IMG/VR virus record: IMGVR_UViG_3300001525_000584
Coordinates: 1-64,000 of that record
Origin: a virus
Taxonomy: Duplodnaviria; Caudoviricetes
Length of the DNA stretch: 64,000 bases
Direction: 5' to 3' (one strand)
The notes below the pieces were generated by a model. It made no database searches, was not told where the DNA came from, and saw nothing but the letters and a program-made list of their open reading frames with translations. Below, one piece after another: positions 26,942 to 37,113 of the stretch. Position numbers and translations under genes: made by a program. The stretch's first letter is position 1; the number at the start of each line of letters is the position of its first letter.

Positions 26942-27119
26942 AGAAGTTACCCTCATATACTTTTTAAACGCTTTACACTTTTCAATACATTTTTGAAACA
27001 TGTTTTCAACTGTTGCATGCATGTACTTACATGTTAAGTATACAATTTTTTTCTTCAAATACGCCATTTTTTCTGCAAAATCTGAAAATTTTTTTAGAAA
27101 AGTGAAAAAATTTTTTTGT

Positions 27120-27128
27120 TGCTAAATT
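27120..27128 (+). promoter_or_regulatory. TGCTAAATT putative late promoter (first of 9 plus-strand copies)
   Basis: Also at 29183, 31422, 38810, 43535, 48523, 55521, 60750 (CGC variant) and 61592; each is shortly upstream of a start codon. Confidence 0.7.
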
Positions 27129-27170
27129 TTTTATCGTTTAAAAGTAAAAATTTGAGGAGTTATTAATCCT

Positions 27171-28118
27171 ATGAAACTTAGATTTATTAGTGAAGCTGCT
27201 TTGAATGAAGTTAGCTTAACTCAGAAGGTATCTCAGGCCATCAGTCAAAAAGGCAGAGAATATGATAATGCTAAGGCTGCGTCAGAGGCTATTAAAAAGC
27301 AGGGCGAACTTTTACAGCAGGCTTTAACGGCAGGTAAAAAGGCATGTAAAGTTACCCTAAAAGGTTCTAAAATAGATGTAACAGATTCTCACGGCAGCCT
27401 TTGTGCCATTAAAATAGAACCAGGCAAGGACGGTAAACCTGAATGGTCCTATAGAGCATGCGGCGCAGAATGGGGTTCTGCAGAAAAATCCGCTTTTGAT
27501 GCAGACGCTGTAGATGCAGATGCCATCGCTACTATATTAGTTGAACTTGTGCCTAGCATCAAAGAAGGCGAAGTAAACGTTTCTGAAGAGTATTTAACAG
27601 AAGGTCCTGTTGGAAAATTATTCGGTAAACTCGCTTCTACTATAGCTAAGTCTGGCGAAAAAAGGGCGCAGCAAATAAAAGCAGGCAGCGACATGGGCAA
27701 ACTCGTAGCTGATGTAAAGCCTTTATTAACAGAAGTTGTTCAAAAAGTTAATTCTATGGCGCCAGGTGTAAAAGCTGTGTTTAGTAGTAACACTAATGGT
27801 GCTTTTGTCGAGATTAGAGCTGATTATGCTTTTGAGATCGATGCTTCTGAGCCTAAAGCCATTACATTATCCGGTGCTATTAGTGGACAAAAAGTGGCAT
27901 GTAAATCTGTCGAAGAGGCTGTAAGTGCCGTGGCAACTGCTTTTAAAGTTACCGTAAAGCAACCTGAAGTTGAAAAGCCTGAAGAAGCAGAAACAGAGAC
28001 TGATGAAAATACTTTATCAGTAGAGCAGCAAAAAGTTTTAGATACGTTAAAAGAGATGGGTGTAGATTTATCTAAAGTTGATATGAATGCCCTGTTACAA
28101 AAATTAAAAGCAGAATAA
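27171..28118 (+). CDS. hypothetical virion-associated protein
   Basis: GAGGAG RBS; ISE/LNE/LTE motifs; two similar halves. Confidence 0.65.
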   Translation: MKLRFISEAALNEVSLTQKVSQAISQKGREYDNAKAASEAIKKQGELLQQALTAGKKACKVTLKGSKIDVTDSHGSLCAIKIEPGKDGKPEWSYRACGAEWGSAEKSAFDADAVDADAIATILVELVPSIKEGEVNVSEEYLTEGPVGKLFGKLASTIAKSGEKRAQQIKAGSDMGKLVADVKPLLTEVVQKVNSMAPGVKAVFSSNTNGAFVEIRADYAFEIDASEPKAITLSGAISGQKVACKSVEEAVSAVATAFKVTVKQPEVEKPEEAETETDENTLSVEQQKVLDTLKEMGVDLSKVDMNALLQKLKAE

Positions 28119-28132
28119 GGTGATTTTTTACT

Positions 28133-28558
28133 ATGCATTGCATATATTTAAATCCAAAATATCACAATGCAGAGTTTGCAAAAACTTTTCTCCCGCACTA
28201 TATAAATGTTTGTGCTCAAAATTCTGTAAAAAAGAATCCTACAAAATATAAGGCTATATCCGATTATTTAGAACAAAATTATAAGTTGACTTTATCTCAG
28301 GCCATTAGAATGTGTTGTAAAAATTTTGAATATGTCTTAATAGGACCGCAGCAAGCTGAATTTAGACAAAACCAAAATAGGCGTTATAAAATATGGACTA
28401 TAAAAAGTTTGTATAATTTAATCGATGATGGCAACTTAGAATTAAAGGGCACAAACATTTTTAATAACCTTTTAAAGAAGATAAATAGTAACCTACAGGG
28501 CTATTATAGAACTTTTTTATTGTATAATACTTATGGAAAAGGTACAAAATGGCAGTAA
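28133..28558 (+). CDS. hypothetical protein
   Basis: In-operon ORF. Confidence 0.6.
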   Translation: MHCIYLNPKYHNAEFAKTFLPHYINVCAQNSVKKNPTKYKAISDYLEQNYKLTLSQAIRMCCKNFEYVLIGPQQAEFRQNQNRRYKIWTIKSLYNLIDDGNLELKGTNIFNNLLKKINSNLQGYYRTFLLYNTYGKGTKWQ

Positions 28559-29172
28559 CATTTTATGATGAAGCTTTATTTAACAAAATAAAAAAGTGGG
28601 TTAAAGATCCCAACATGCAGATATTAAAACCTGAGGAAACCTCCCGCCTCTTCGAGATAAACGCAGATGAGACCTTTGACAAACCTTTAACTTTACCCAT
28701 TATAGCATTATCTAGAAGTAAAGATATAGAGCTTTTATCAACTAAAAAGCAACCCAGATCTTTTGCAGGGGCCACTACAGAAGATGGAGCTTTTATGTTA
28801 AATGTCATCCCCATGAAGCTGGGATATCAGTTAGATATCTACACTAAAGGGATGTTTGAAGCGGATGAATATGTTAGAAACTTTGTTTTTAACTTTGTTA
28901 ATTATCCGCATTTAACTGTTGATATACCCTATAATGGAAAAAATTTAAGACATAATGCCACCATCTCTTTAGAAGAAAGCATAACAGATAATAGTGATAT
29001 TAAAGAGCATTTATTTGCAGATCAGTTTGCGAGATTTACTTTAAAGCTTCAAATAGATGATGCTTATCTGTTTAGTGTACCAGGTTCTCCCAGAGTTACT
29101 TTAGAGGGTTTTGAATTAGAAGTGCAGGACAGAACCACGGACGAGATCGTAGAAACACACACCATCCCGTGA
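28549..29172 (+). CDS. tail terminator / sheath-stabiliser-like protein
   Basis: LPIIAL and YQLDIYT strands; directly before the sheath gene. Confidence 0.55.
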   Translation: MAVTFYDEALFNKIKKWVKDPNMQILKPEETSRLFEINADETFDKPLTLPIIALSRSKDIELLSTKKQPRSFAGATTEDGAFMLNVIPMKLGYQLDIYTKGMFEADEYVRNFVFNFVNYPHLTVDIPYNGKNLRHNATISLEESITDNSDIKEHLFADQFARFTLKLQIDDAYLFSVPGSPRVTLEGFELEVQDRTTDEIVETHTIP

Positions 29173-29239
29173 CGGATTTTTTTGCTAAATTATACATAAA
29201 ATTTGAAGAACTCTATTTTTTGAAGGAGAGCTATAACCC

Positions 29240-30703
29240 ATGCCAAAGATTCTTATAAAGGAAGTGGACAGTACTTTAGCTAGTGCTGAAGCTGCTTTAT
29301 CCCATACTGTATACATTCCCGGCAGGGCAGCTGAGGCTACAGGTCCGGTGATGTGCTACAGCGAATCCGCATTAAAAGAGATAAAAGGTTTAGATACAGG
29401 TTCTATTGCATTTGCATTAGCAACTATTCTATTAAATCAGGGCATTTATGTTCTATATGAAGGCTTTACTGGAGAAGGTCCCACAGAAGACACCTGGGAT
29501 CGTTTGAAGGACAAAGCAAATTATGATATTAGATTTTTATGTGCTGGTGACTTCGCTAATACAGAGAATAACAAAGCACATTTACAGGACATGATCAACT
29601 GTGCAGCAGTTCGCGGTGACTGTGTGGCGCTTCTCGATCATGCCTTAACTATGGATCCGTCCCAAGAAACCGAGAACATTTATAGACTTCTGGTTACTAA
29701 GCCGGGTAATTTCGACGAAGATCCTACAGCGTATTTTGTCCGCAAAGATACTTATACAGCTGTCGAAGGAGAAGAAGCCCCGAACTTTGTAGCAAATTAT
29801 TATTATGTTTCTGCAACCGTCGGTAGTGCGACACTTTATTTCGTATTAACCGAAAAGCCGAGTGACTGGGATACAAAATATAATACGTATTTTGTTGCTA
29901 CTACAGTTTATGAAACTGCAGACGCCGGTGCTTCATGGGCTGAGAATACTTATTATGCAGAAGAAGCTGTACCTAATACGACAGTTGCAAGCGTTAGAGA
30001 ATATTTTAGTGGTTTAACAAACGGGGCTTTTGCCGCAGCATTTACCCCCTGGTTCGTTACAAAGAACGCTAAGTTCACTAACGGCGCTGAAGAAGTTTCT
30101 TTACCTGCGTCCTTTGGTTATTTATCAGCTTACGCAACAGCCGTAAAGAATTATAATGAGTATGAAGCTATGGCGGGTTCTGCACGCGGACTTATCGACC
30201 TAATGTATGAACCTACTATTAAATACACATCTGCTGAATGCGAGATGTTGCAGGCTCGTGCAACAAAGTACGAAGTTGATTTAGATCATCCTGAAGATAA
30301 TGTCGGCGTAGCCATTAACCCGATCGCATATGTTAGACCTTTTGGTTACATTATCTGGGGCAACAGAACGCTCACGAATAATAGTGGTGCAACCAAAGCT
30401 ACTGCATTTTTAAATGTCCGCAACCTGATCTCCACTGTTAAGAAGAGACTTTATGACACTGCTCGTAAATATACTTTTGAGCTCAACTCCGAAGTACTGT
30501 GGACGAGATTTAGTAATGATATCACACCTCTATTAGATGACATGGTTTCTGGTAATGGCTTAGTCGGATATAGATTTAGTAGAGTTGCTACGAAGCAAAA
30601 GGCTCGTCTAAAGGCTCGTTTAACTATTATCCCGATCGAAGCTGTTGAAGATTTTGATCTGACTATTGAATTAACAGATTCTTTAGATGTGACTGAACAA
30701 TAA
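29240..30703 (+). CDS. tail sheath protein
   Basis: MPKILIKEVD, RGDCVALLD, AGSARG, INPI, WGNRT, LNVRNL, FELN. Confidence 0.93.
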   Translation: MPKILIKEVDSTLASAEAALSHTVYIPGRAAEATGPVMCYSESALKEIKGLDTGSIAFALATILLNQGIYVLYEGFTGEGPTEDTWDRLKDKANYDIRFLCAGDFANTENNKAHLQDMINCAAVRGDCVALLDHALTMDPSQETENIYRLLVTKPGNFDEDPTAYFVRKDTYTAVEGEEAPNFVANYYYVSATVGSATLYFVLTEKPSDWDTKYNTYFVATTVYETADAGASWAENTYYAEEAVPNTTVASVREYFSGLTNGAFAAAFTPWFVTKNAKFTNGAEEVSLPASFGYLSAYATAVKNYNEYEAMAGSARGLIDLMYEPTIKYTSAECEMLQARATKYEVDLDHPEDNVGVAINPIAYVRPFGYIIWGNRTLTNNSGATKATAFLNVRNLISTVKKRLYDTARKYTFELNSEVLWTRFSNDITPLLDDMVSGNGLVGYRFSRVATKQKARLKARLTIIPIEAVEDFDLTIELTDSLDVTEQ

Positions 30704-30715
30704 TATAGGAGGTGA

Positions 30716-31339
30716 ATGAATATGGCAAATGTAAAAAAGACTAGCATCGCTGCTAATATGATTGGTCGTCACATCGCGGATCATCCTGAGGTTTTTGAAC
30801 CTGCAAGAAGTAACTGTTTCGAATTAATCATAGATGATGCTTCACAACTTTTAAAAGAAGGTGTAAAAGCTGCTACAGCTAAGCCGTCTGATTATATTAA
30901 TAACGCATTAGATGTTATTAGATTATCCTGTGAGAATTTTCCTGTTCCGAACTATTCTTTAGGGACTATGGAGGTTCGGAGAGTTAATTCAACTATTAAA
31001 TTTGCATCTACGCCTACATGGGACAGCGGTAAATCCTTTAAATGCACTGATTTTATCGGTGCTAAAACGAAGGATGTACTATTAGCATTAAAGGCACGTG
31101 CATACGATATTAATAATGATACTCTTAGAGAAGCTTCTGAATATAAGCACACGTGGACTGTAAATGAATATAATGTAGATTTTACTAAGAAGCTTCGGTC
31201 CTGGAAAATTTATGGTGCATTCATCACGAAGCTGGATGAAAACGATTTTTCACACGATGATACAGCACTTAGAAGTATCACAGTAACCATCGAATATGAT
31301 CGGGCTGTTCCTGATTCTTCTGAAGATCTTAGCGAATAA
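30716..31339 (+). CDS. tail tube protein (gp19-like)
   Basis: Follows the sheath; W.IYGAFI...ITVTIEYD. Confidence 0.8.
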   Translation: MNMANVKKTSIAANMIGRHIADHPEVFEPARSNCFELIIDDASQLLKEGVKAATAKPSDYINNALDVIRLSCENFPVPNYSLGTMEVRRVNSTIKFASTPTWDSGKSFKCTDFIGAKTKDVLLALKARAYDINNDTLREASEYKHTWTVNEYNVDFTKKLRSWKIYGAFITKLDENDFSHDDTALRSITVTIEYDRAVPDSSEDLSE

Positions 31340-31357
31340 TTTTTAATTATAATTTGA

Positions 31358-31391
31358 AGAGGAGGTTGTAAAATGCCTCCTCTAATTTTTT
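31358..31391 (+). terminator. intrinsic terminator
   Basis: AGAGGAGG/CCTCCTCT followed by a T-tract. Confidence 0.6.
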
Positions 31392-31470
31392 ATAAGCATT
31401 TATAAAGTCTTATAAAATCGGTGCTAAATTATTTAAAGAAAAGCTTTTGAAAGGAAATTTTAGCTTTACT

Positions 31471-31662
31471 ATGGATGTAAAAATAAATGAAACAGGCGGC
31501 ACCTCTAAGAAAAAAATGATTGCTTTTGAGCTACCTGAATTATGGTATCAGGCATTAAAAGAAGGTGCTGATGAAGACTTATTAACCGTATCTAATCTAA
31601 TTCGAATCGTCCTTTACAAAAACTATATAGAGGCAAGATTAAATAGCAGAAAGGAACTATAA
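31471..31662 (+). CDS. ribbon-helix-helix DNA-binding protein
   Basis: MIAFELPE...LTVSNLIR pattern. Confidence 0.55.
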   Translation: MDVKINETGGTSKKKMIAFELPELWYQALKEGADEDLLTVSNLIRIVLYKNYIEARLNSRKEL

Positions 31663-31664
31663 TC

Positions 31665-32411
31665 GTGCAACATACTATTTATGAAGGATTTGAGCTGCCC
31701 TCAAAGGGCCTAATTTATGATAAACCTATTAATCCCCAGGTTACTTTAACATCCATGACCACAGCAGAAGAGATGCAGAGATTAAGTCCTACATCCACAC
31801 CTTATAAAGTTATGTCAGACATTATAGAAGAGTGTATGAAGGAAAAGCCCGAGATCCCTGTATACGATATGTGCATAGGAGATTATCAGTTTTTACTTCA
31901 TAAGCTGAGAATAGTAACTTATGGTTCTGCTTATTTGATGGATATTAGATGTCCTAATTGCGGTGAGATCACAAGTGTTGAGGCAGATTTAGAGACTTTA
32001 AAAGTTAGAGAATGGTCTGAAGATTTTGTTGATGCTAAAAGAATCACTTTACCTCGTTCTGGTAACATTATAGAATTAAAGCCTCAGACACCCAGAGATT
32101 TAGACACTATAGAGTATAAAGCAAAAGAACTGGCAAATAAAGCAAAAACAGGTTTATCTTATAAATTCTTATTTACAGTCATGGCAAATATTAAAACTGT
32201 AGATGGACGAGTTTTAAATAGTGTGCAATTGGAAAACTATGTCAGAGAGTTGCCATTAAGGGACGCGAACTTTATTTTAAATAAAGCAAACGATTTATCA
32301 GAGAGGGTAGGGCTAGACACAAATATTCGCGTTATGTGTCCTAAGTGTGGTTACGAACTCGTCACACCGTTTCGCATCACATCTGAATTTTTTGGACCCA
32401 CAAACTACTAA
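31665..32411 (+). CDS. baseplate hub / tail assembly chaperone (T4 gp26-like)
   Basis: LPSKG, MTTAEE, LRIVTYG, CPNC and CPKC. Confidence 0.75.
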   Translation: MQHTIYEGFELPSKGLIYDKPINPQVTLTSMTTAEEMQRLSPTSTPYKVMSDIIEECMKEKPEIPVYDMCIGDYQFLLHKLRIVTYGSAYLMDIRCPNCGEITSVEADLETLKVREWSEDFVDAKRITLPRSGNIIELKPQTPRDLDTIEYKAKELANKAKTGLSYKFLFTVMANIKTVDGRVLNSVQLENYVRELPLRDANFILNKANDLSERVGLDTNIRVMCPKCGYELVTPFRITSEFFGPTNY

Positions 32412-32628
32412 TACAGGCGAACCATATGGCCCCATTAGATACGAAGAGCTGGTAAAAGAGTGTTATATAATTAGTAAAAATTTACATACATCTTATGCTG
32501 ATGTTTTGTGCATGACCCCTATAGAACGCGGATTTATTATATCTTTTATGCGCGAAGAGATCGAACAACAAAAAGCAGAGATGGAACGTAGAAAAGCTGA
32601 ACGAGAAGCTAACCGAGCGAATAGGTAA
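32392..32628 (+). CDS. small tail-assembly protein (gp51-like), possibly frameshift-fused to the upstream gene
   Basis: YADVLCMTPIER; directly before the tape measure; no evident RBS. Confidence 0.55.
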   Translation: MDPQTTNTGEPYGPIRYEELVKECYIISKNLHTSYADVLCMTPIERGFIISFMREEIEQQKAEMERRKAEREANRANR

Positions 32629-32642
32629 AAAGGAGTTGACTA

Positions 32643-35012
32643 ATGCCAGAAAAACCAACAGATAATGAAGAGGCTAAAGTACAAGACCTTATAGATAACA
32701 TGGGTAAATATCTGCAGCAAACTCTGAATAGTGTTTTCAAAAGTGCGGGTAAAGAGTTTAAAAAGCAGATGAAGGAGGCTTCGGACGCAGCTGGAGAATC
32801 TTTTAAAGAGCAGGTATCAGGCGTAACAAAAGATGCAGCAAAAGCCATAGAAGAAGCTGCAGATAAGCTCGATAAACTAAATCAAAAAAATAAAGACAAA
32901 GATAAAGATAAGGATAAGAAGGATAAAGACTGGCAAAAGGCTGCTAAGGACAGAGGCTTATCCGGTAAAGAATCCGAGGCGTGGATATCTAAGCAACAGG
33001 AAAAAGATCAAAAGCAGCAAGAAAAAGCTGAACGAGAAGCTCTAAAAGACATTTATAATATAGGTACGCCTCAGGAGAAAAGAGAACAACGTAAAGCAGA
33101 AGCTAAAGAAGCTAAGCAGGCGGCACAGGACGACGCAGCTATTGCGGCGGCACGCAAATCTGCGGCGGCAGATGAAAACGTGGCTGAAAAGAAAAAGAAG
33201 CTGGCGGAGCAAGAAGCTTCCGGTAGTGATGAAGATATAAAGAGTGCAAAAAAAGATCTTAAAGACGCCGAGAGCGCTGCGGCAAAAGCAAAGTTCCAAG
33301 AGAGCTTAGTAGGAGCACTTAACAACGTACAAAATAAGCTCGATGACATGGGCGATAAAATGGTTGCTGCTATAAATGATGGCATCAACCAGTCTATTAA
33401 AAATTATTCTGATTATCAGGGTAAAATAGAAGCCCGGTTGCAAGGTGTTACAAGCATTCAAACAAAAGCCCTTAGTATGCAAACAACACAGTTTGGCAAA
33501 TTAACAGAAAATTTATCGGAGATAGCTTATTCACCGCTGCTGAGTGCTTCTGATCTATATACTAATTTAATGACATTAATAGATGAAGGTGTTGCTTCTA
33601 ATTTGGAGCAAAAAGCCCTTTTAATGACTATGCGCGATGATATTATATCTACTTTTGATGTAGATTCTCCGGTCATTCGAAAACTTATTCGAGTGCAACA
33701 AACTGATTCTACTGCCATTCGAATGGGTATGGAAAGCTATTTGAACAGATTTTTAAATGAGTTTGTATCCAGTACTGAATATTTAACATCTACTTTTGAC
33801 AGCGTTGCATCCAGTTTATATGAAGCCAGTGCTTTGATGAGTGCTGACAGAGCTGCAGAATTTGAATATATAGTTCAAAAATGGCTGGGTACTTTAACAG
33901 GCGTAGGCCTAAATGAAGATACGGCACAGGCTATAGCAAAAGCTATTGGTGAATTAGGTTCTGGTGATATTAATAACATAGGCACTAGCGGCATAAATAA
34001 TTTATTAGTCATGGCTGCAGCAAATTCAGGATTATCTTATGCAGATCTCTTATCAAAAGGTTTAACAGCTCAGGATACTAATACTTTATTAGCCAGCTTA
34101 ACTACTTATTTAAAAAATCTAGGTACACAAACAAAAAGTAACAACGTCGCGAGAAGTCAACTGGCACAAACTTTTGGATTAAAGGTCAGTGATTTAACAG
34201 CTGCAAACAACTTATCTGTAACTGAGATAGAAAATGTTTCTAAAGAGATGATGAGTTATGCCGACATGTATCAGGAACTACAGTATCAGTTTAATCAGAT
34301 CACGACTATGTCTGGTCGTACAAATGTTGGTAAATTAGTTAATAATGCTCTAAAGAATTATATTTATCAAACAGGCCAGTCTATAGCAGCTAATCCTGTA
34401 TGGAACACTATGTGGCAAATAACTGATTTAGTACAAAATGTTACAGGCGGTATAAATATACCCTTCGTTACAGCTTTAGGTACTGGTGTAGATTTAAATA
34501 CAACTGTTGAAAATCTAATGAAGCTGGGCATAGTAGGTGTAAATACCATAGGACAAATAGGTGGTATTATTAATTCATTATCTTCTGTTGTCCGTGGCGA
34601 TACTTTATTAAAAGCTGTAACGTCAGAAAATTCTGCGCTCACGCATCTTAGTAGAGGTACAGGTTTAGGAGAACATACTCCTGGTGGATCACCCAGAAGA
34701 CCTAGTGGTGAAGGAACGTCTGCTTCAGACTTTGTAGGCAACCAGGAGGGTACTGACTATGCAGACAGTGCTGTGAAAAAGGCGCAGGACGCATCAAAGA
34801 ATGATGTAGAGAATGCTAAGACAGAAAATAAATCCGAAGATGAAACAGCACAGTATCTAAAAGAGATGCAATTTGCAAATCAAATGACTGCCATAAAAGA
34901 GGATGTGCACGATATAATTAAAAAAGGCATATCAGTAAACAACTTCGATTATCTAAGAGATAAGAACATTATCTCAGGTAGCTTGCAGGGCTTCTTTGTG
35001 TCGGGCGAATAA
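32643..35012 (+). CDS. tape measure protein
   Basis: Long helical A/K/Q-rich protein between the chaperones and the baseplate genes. Confidence 0.7.
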   Translation: MPEKPTDNEEAKVQDLIDNMGKYLQQTLNSVFKSAGKEFKKQMKEASDAAGESFKEQVSGVTKDAAKAIEEAADKLDKLNQKNKDKDKDKDKKDKDWQKAAKDRGLSGKESEAWISKQQEKDQKQQEKAEREALKDIYNIGTPQEKREQRKAEAKEAKQAAQDDAAIAAARKSAAADENVAEKKKKLAEQEASGSDEDIKSAKKDLKDAESAAAKAKFQESLVGALNNVQNKLDDMGDKMVAAINDGINQSIKNYSDYQGKIEARLQGVTSIQTKALSMQTTQFGKLTENLSEIAYSPLLSASDLYTNLMTLIDEGVASNLEQKALLMTMRDDIISTFDVDSPVIRKLIRVQQTDSTAIRMGMESYLNRFLNEFVSSTEYLTSTFDSVASSLYEASALMSADRAAEFEYIVQKWLGTLTGVGLNEDTAQAIAKAIGELGSGDINNIGTSGINNLLVMAAANSGLSYADLLSKGLTAQDTNTLLASLTTYLKNLGTQTKSNNVARSQLAQTFGLKVSDLTAANNLSVTEIENVSKEMMSYADMYQELQYQFNQITTMSGRTNVGKLVNNALKNYIYQTGQSIAANPVWNTMWQITDLVQNVTGGINIPFVTALGTGVDLNTTVENLMKLGIVGVNTIGQIGGIINSLSSVVRGDTLLKAVTSENSALTHLSRGTGLGEHTPGGSPRRPSGEGTSASDFVGNQEGTDYADSAVKKAQDASKNDVENAKTENKSEDETAQYLKEMQFANQMTAIKEDVHDIIKKGISVNNFDYLRDKNIISGSLQGFFVSGE

Positions 35013-35024
35013 GGGGAGTTTTAT

Positions 35025-36158
35025 ATGATTAAACTAAATGATAATAACATAATGGTTGGGCAAATTAAACAAATTCTAAAAGATTTTAATTTGCCCAACT
35101 GCCCTGTAGTTTCTTCTACTTATACAGGTAACTCCCCTGTATATATAAAAAATAGAAGCTTATATAGAACTTCTAATAATCAGTTTATTCAACCCTATTT
35201 ATATAATGATAAACTATCTAATTTGACTACTAATCTCAGAATAGATAATAATTTATACGATATCTATACACATAGATATTTAGGGCATTATTTAAGGTTT
35301 TTAAAAGATTATGATGGCATGGATCTAATGAGCATGTATAATTGCTGTGATTATGAATCTGTTAACACCACGTTTTCTTATTCAAAAACATTTTTGAATT
35401 TTAATTCTTCAGAAGCTTTTATTTGTTATGCAGTGCCTATTATGCACACAGGATATACTCTTAAAGTAGACACGCGGTTGCCTATAGAACTTTGCGTATC
35501 TTCTATAGAAGAATCAGATAATCAAAGAGATAAAGTAGCCGCAGAAACACATGCTTTTATATCTGCTTCTCATAGATATTATTTAAACGTTCCTGAATTA
35601 GCTCCTAAAAAGCTTATCAGCGCTTTGCATAATTATGAAAAAAATCTAACCCTATTTATAAAAATACCTGCATCTTATCAGGGCAGCCTTGTTATATTAG
35701 AAGGTGATTATACTCAGGAGTATGCCACAAATAATAGTGGAAAACAAATAGAGGCTTTTATATATAAAGATAACCCAGGGAATAAAAATTTAAAAATGTC
35801 GGGCTTCTCTATTCAACCTCAACTTTTATGTTTCTATAATAATGATAAATATTTATTAGCGGATCGGTTAATTCAGTATTTAACTGGAAACGTCATAACA
35901 CCAAACAGTGAGCCTTATGACATAAAGAAACTTCAGGACTTCATGTTCGATGCACATGTAGGTAAAACATATGGGGGTGTCTGGCATCCGGATAATCTGG
36001 CACTTCTTCGTAAATTCATAATAGATAATAAATTTACTTCAAAAGCTGCTAATCTTTTAAATGCTCCTGATATATTAGGTTATGGCGATTCAGATGTAGA
36101 AGCTAGTTTAGAGATTTTATATCCTGTAGAAGGAGGTTTAGATGAGCGTTACATTTAA
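35025..36158 (+). CDS. hypothetical baseplate-region protein
   Basis: Position only. Confidence 0.6.
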   Translation: MIKLNDNNIMVGQIKQILKDFNLPNCPVVSSTYTGNSPVYIKNRSLYRTSNNQFIQPYLYNDKLSNLTTNLRIDNNLYDIYTHRYLGHYLRFLKDYDGMDLMSMYNCCDYESVNTTFSYSKTFLNFNSSEAFICYAVPIMHTGYTLKVDTRLPIELCVSSIEESDNQRDKVAAETHAFISASHRYYLNVPELAPKKLISALHNYEKNLTLFIKIPASYQGSLVILEGDYTQEYATNNSGKQIEAFIYKDNPGNKNLKMSGFSIQPQLLCFYNNDKYLLADRLIQYLTGNVITPNSEPYDIKKLQDFMFDAHVGKTYGGVWHPDNLALLRKFIIDNKFTSKAANLLNAPDILGYGDSDVEASLEILYPVEGGLDERYI

Positions 36159-36774
36159 ATTAAAAATACCCGACTGTTATCTATATTTATATCACACAGA
36201 TGAGTATTTTATTTTGCCGCAGTATCCCGAAAGCTTATCAGATTCTATGCAGGCTAATTTTGTAGCTCAAAACGCTTTAGGACGTACTGCTCCTGTGCAG
36301 AGCTATTCAAACTCCGGACCGCGTACTATGCAAATCAATTTACAGCTGCAACGGGATATCATGAACGATTTAAATTTAAAGGGCAGTAACGTTAAAGTCA
36401 GATATAAACAAACTGATGACATGGGTGAACAACGTATCATCACAAACCCGGGAGATGACTACGTGGATGTATTAATCAAAAAGTTACAGGCTATAGTGTT
36501 ACCTCGATATGTTGCGGACTCTAAAGAATTAATCCCCCCACGTATAGCCCTTAGATTTGGCAACGAGCTTTTTATAAAAGGTGTTGTTACAGGTGCTGTT
36601 GGTGTCAGATATAAGCTACCTCTAATACAAACTAAAGACGGATATTTAAAATATTCAGATGTTTCTATAGATTTTCCCATCACTGAAACGCAGCCCTACG
36701 ATGCAGAAAGCGTAGGAGCACTAGGCAGCTTTAGAGGATTAACTTCAGGATTAAAATCTAAAATGGGCTTATAA
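36142..36774 (+). CDS. tail tube initiator-like protein
   Basis: P..LSDS, GRTAPV..Y..SGPRT, LP.Y, PP...LRFG. Confidence 0.65.
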   Translation: MSVTFKLKIPDCYLYLYHTDEYFILPQYPESLSDSMQANFVAQNALGRTAPVQSYSNSGPRTMQINLQLQRDIMNDLNLKGSNVKVRYKQTDDMGEQRIITNPGDDYVDVLIKKLQAIVLPRYVADSKELIPPRIALRFGNELFIKGVVTGAVGVRYKLPLIQTKDGYLKYSDVSIDFPITETQPYDAESVGALGSFRGLTSGLKSKMGL

Positions 36775-36789
36775 AGAGGAGATGTAAAA

Positions 36790-37110
36790 ATGGATGTATT
36801 AACCAGTACTCAAAGCAAAACCTATGATTATATCTCGCGCTATACCCGCTTTAAAATCGCTTATAACACGCTCGACGGTAAATATGTATATGAATTAACA
36901 AGCCAGATTAAAAACGATTTACAGTGCGTTATACACAACGTAAAACCTACAGATGACTTAGACTTCTTAGCAAATAAATATTATGGTCGCCCTGACTACT
37001 ACTGGATCATAGCAGATTATAACAGAATTCAGGACCCTTTTATAAGACTATTTGATAAATATACTACTTTAAAAATACCTTCTATAACTGAGATCGAATA
37101 TGAGAGGTAA
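36790..37110 (+). CDS. LysM-type baseplate wedge protein (gp53/X-like)
   Basis: DDLDFLANKYYGRPDYYWIIADYN...LKIP. Confidence 0.8.
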   Translation: MDVLTSTQSKTYDYISRYTRFKIAYNTLDGKYVYELTSQIKNDLQCVIHNVKPTDDLDFLANKYYGRPDYYWIIADYNRIQDPFIRLFDKYTTLKIPSITEIEYER

Positions 37111-37113
37111 CTT

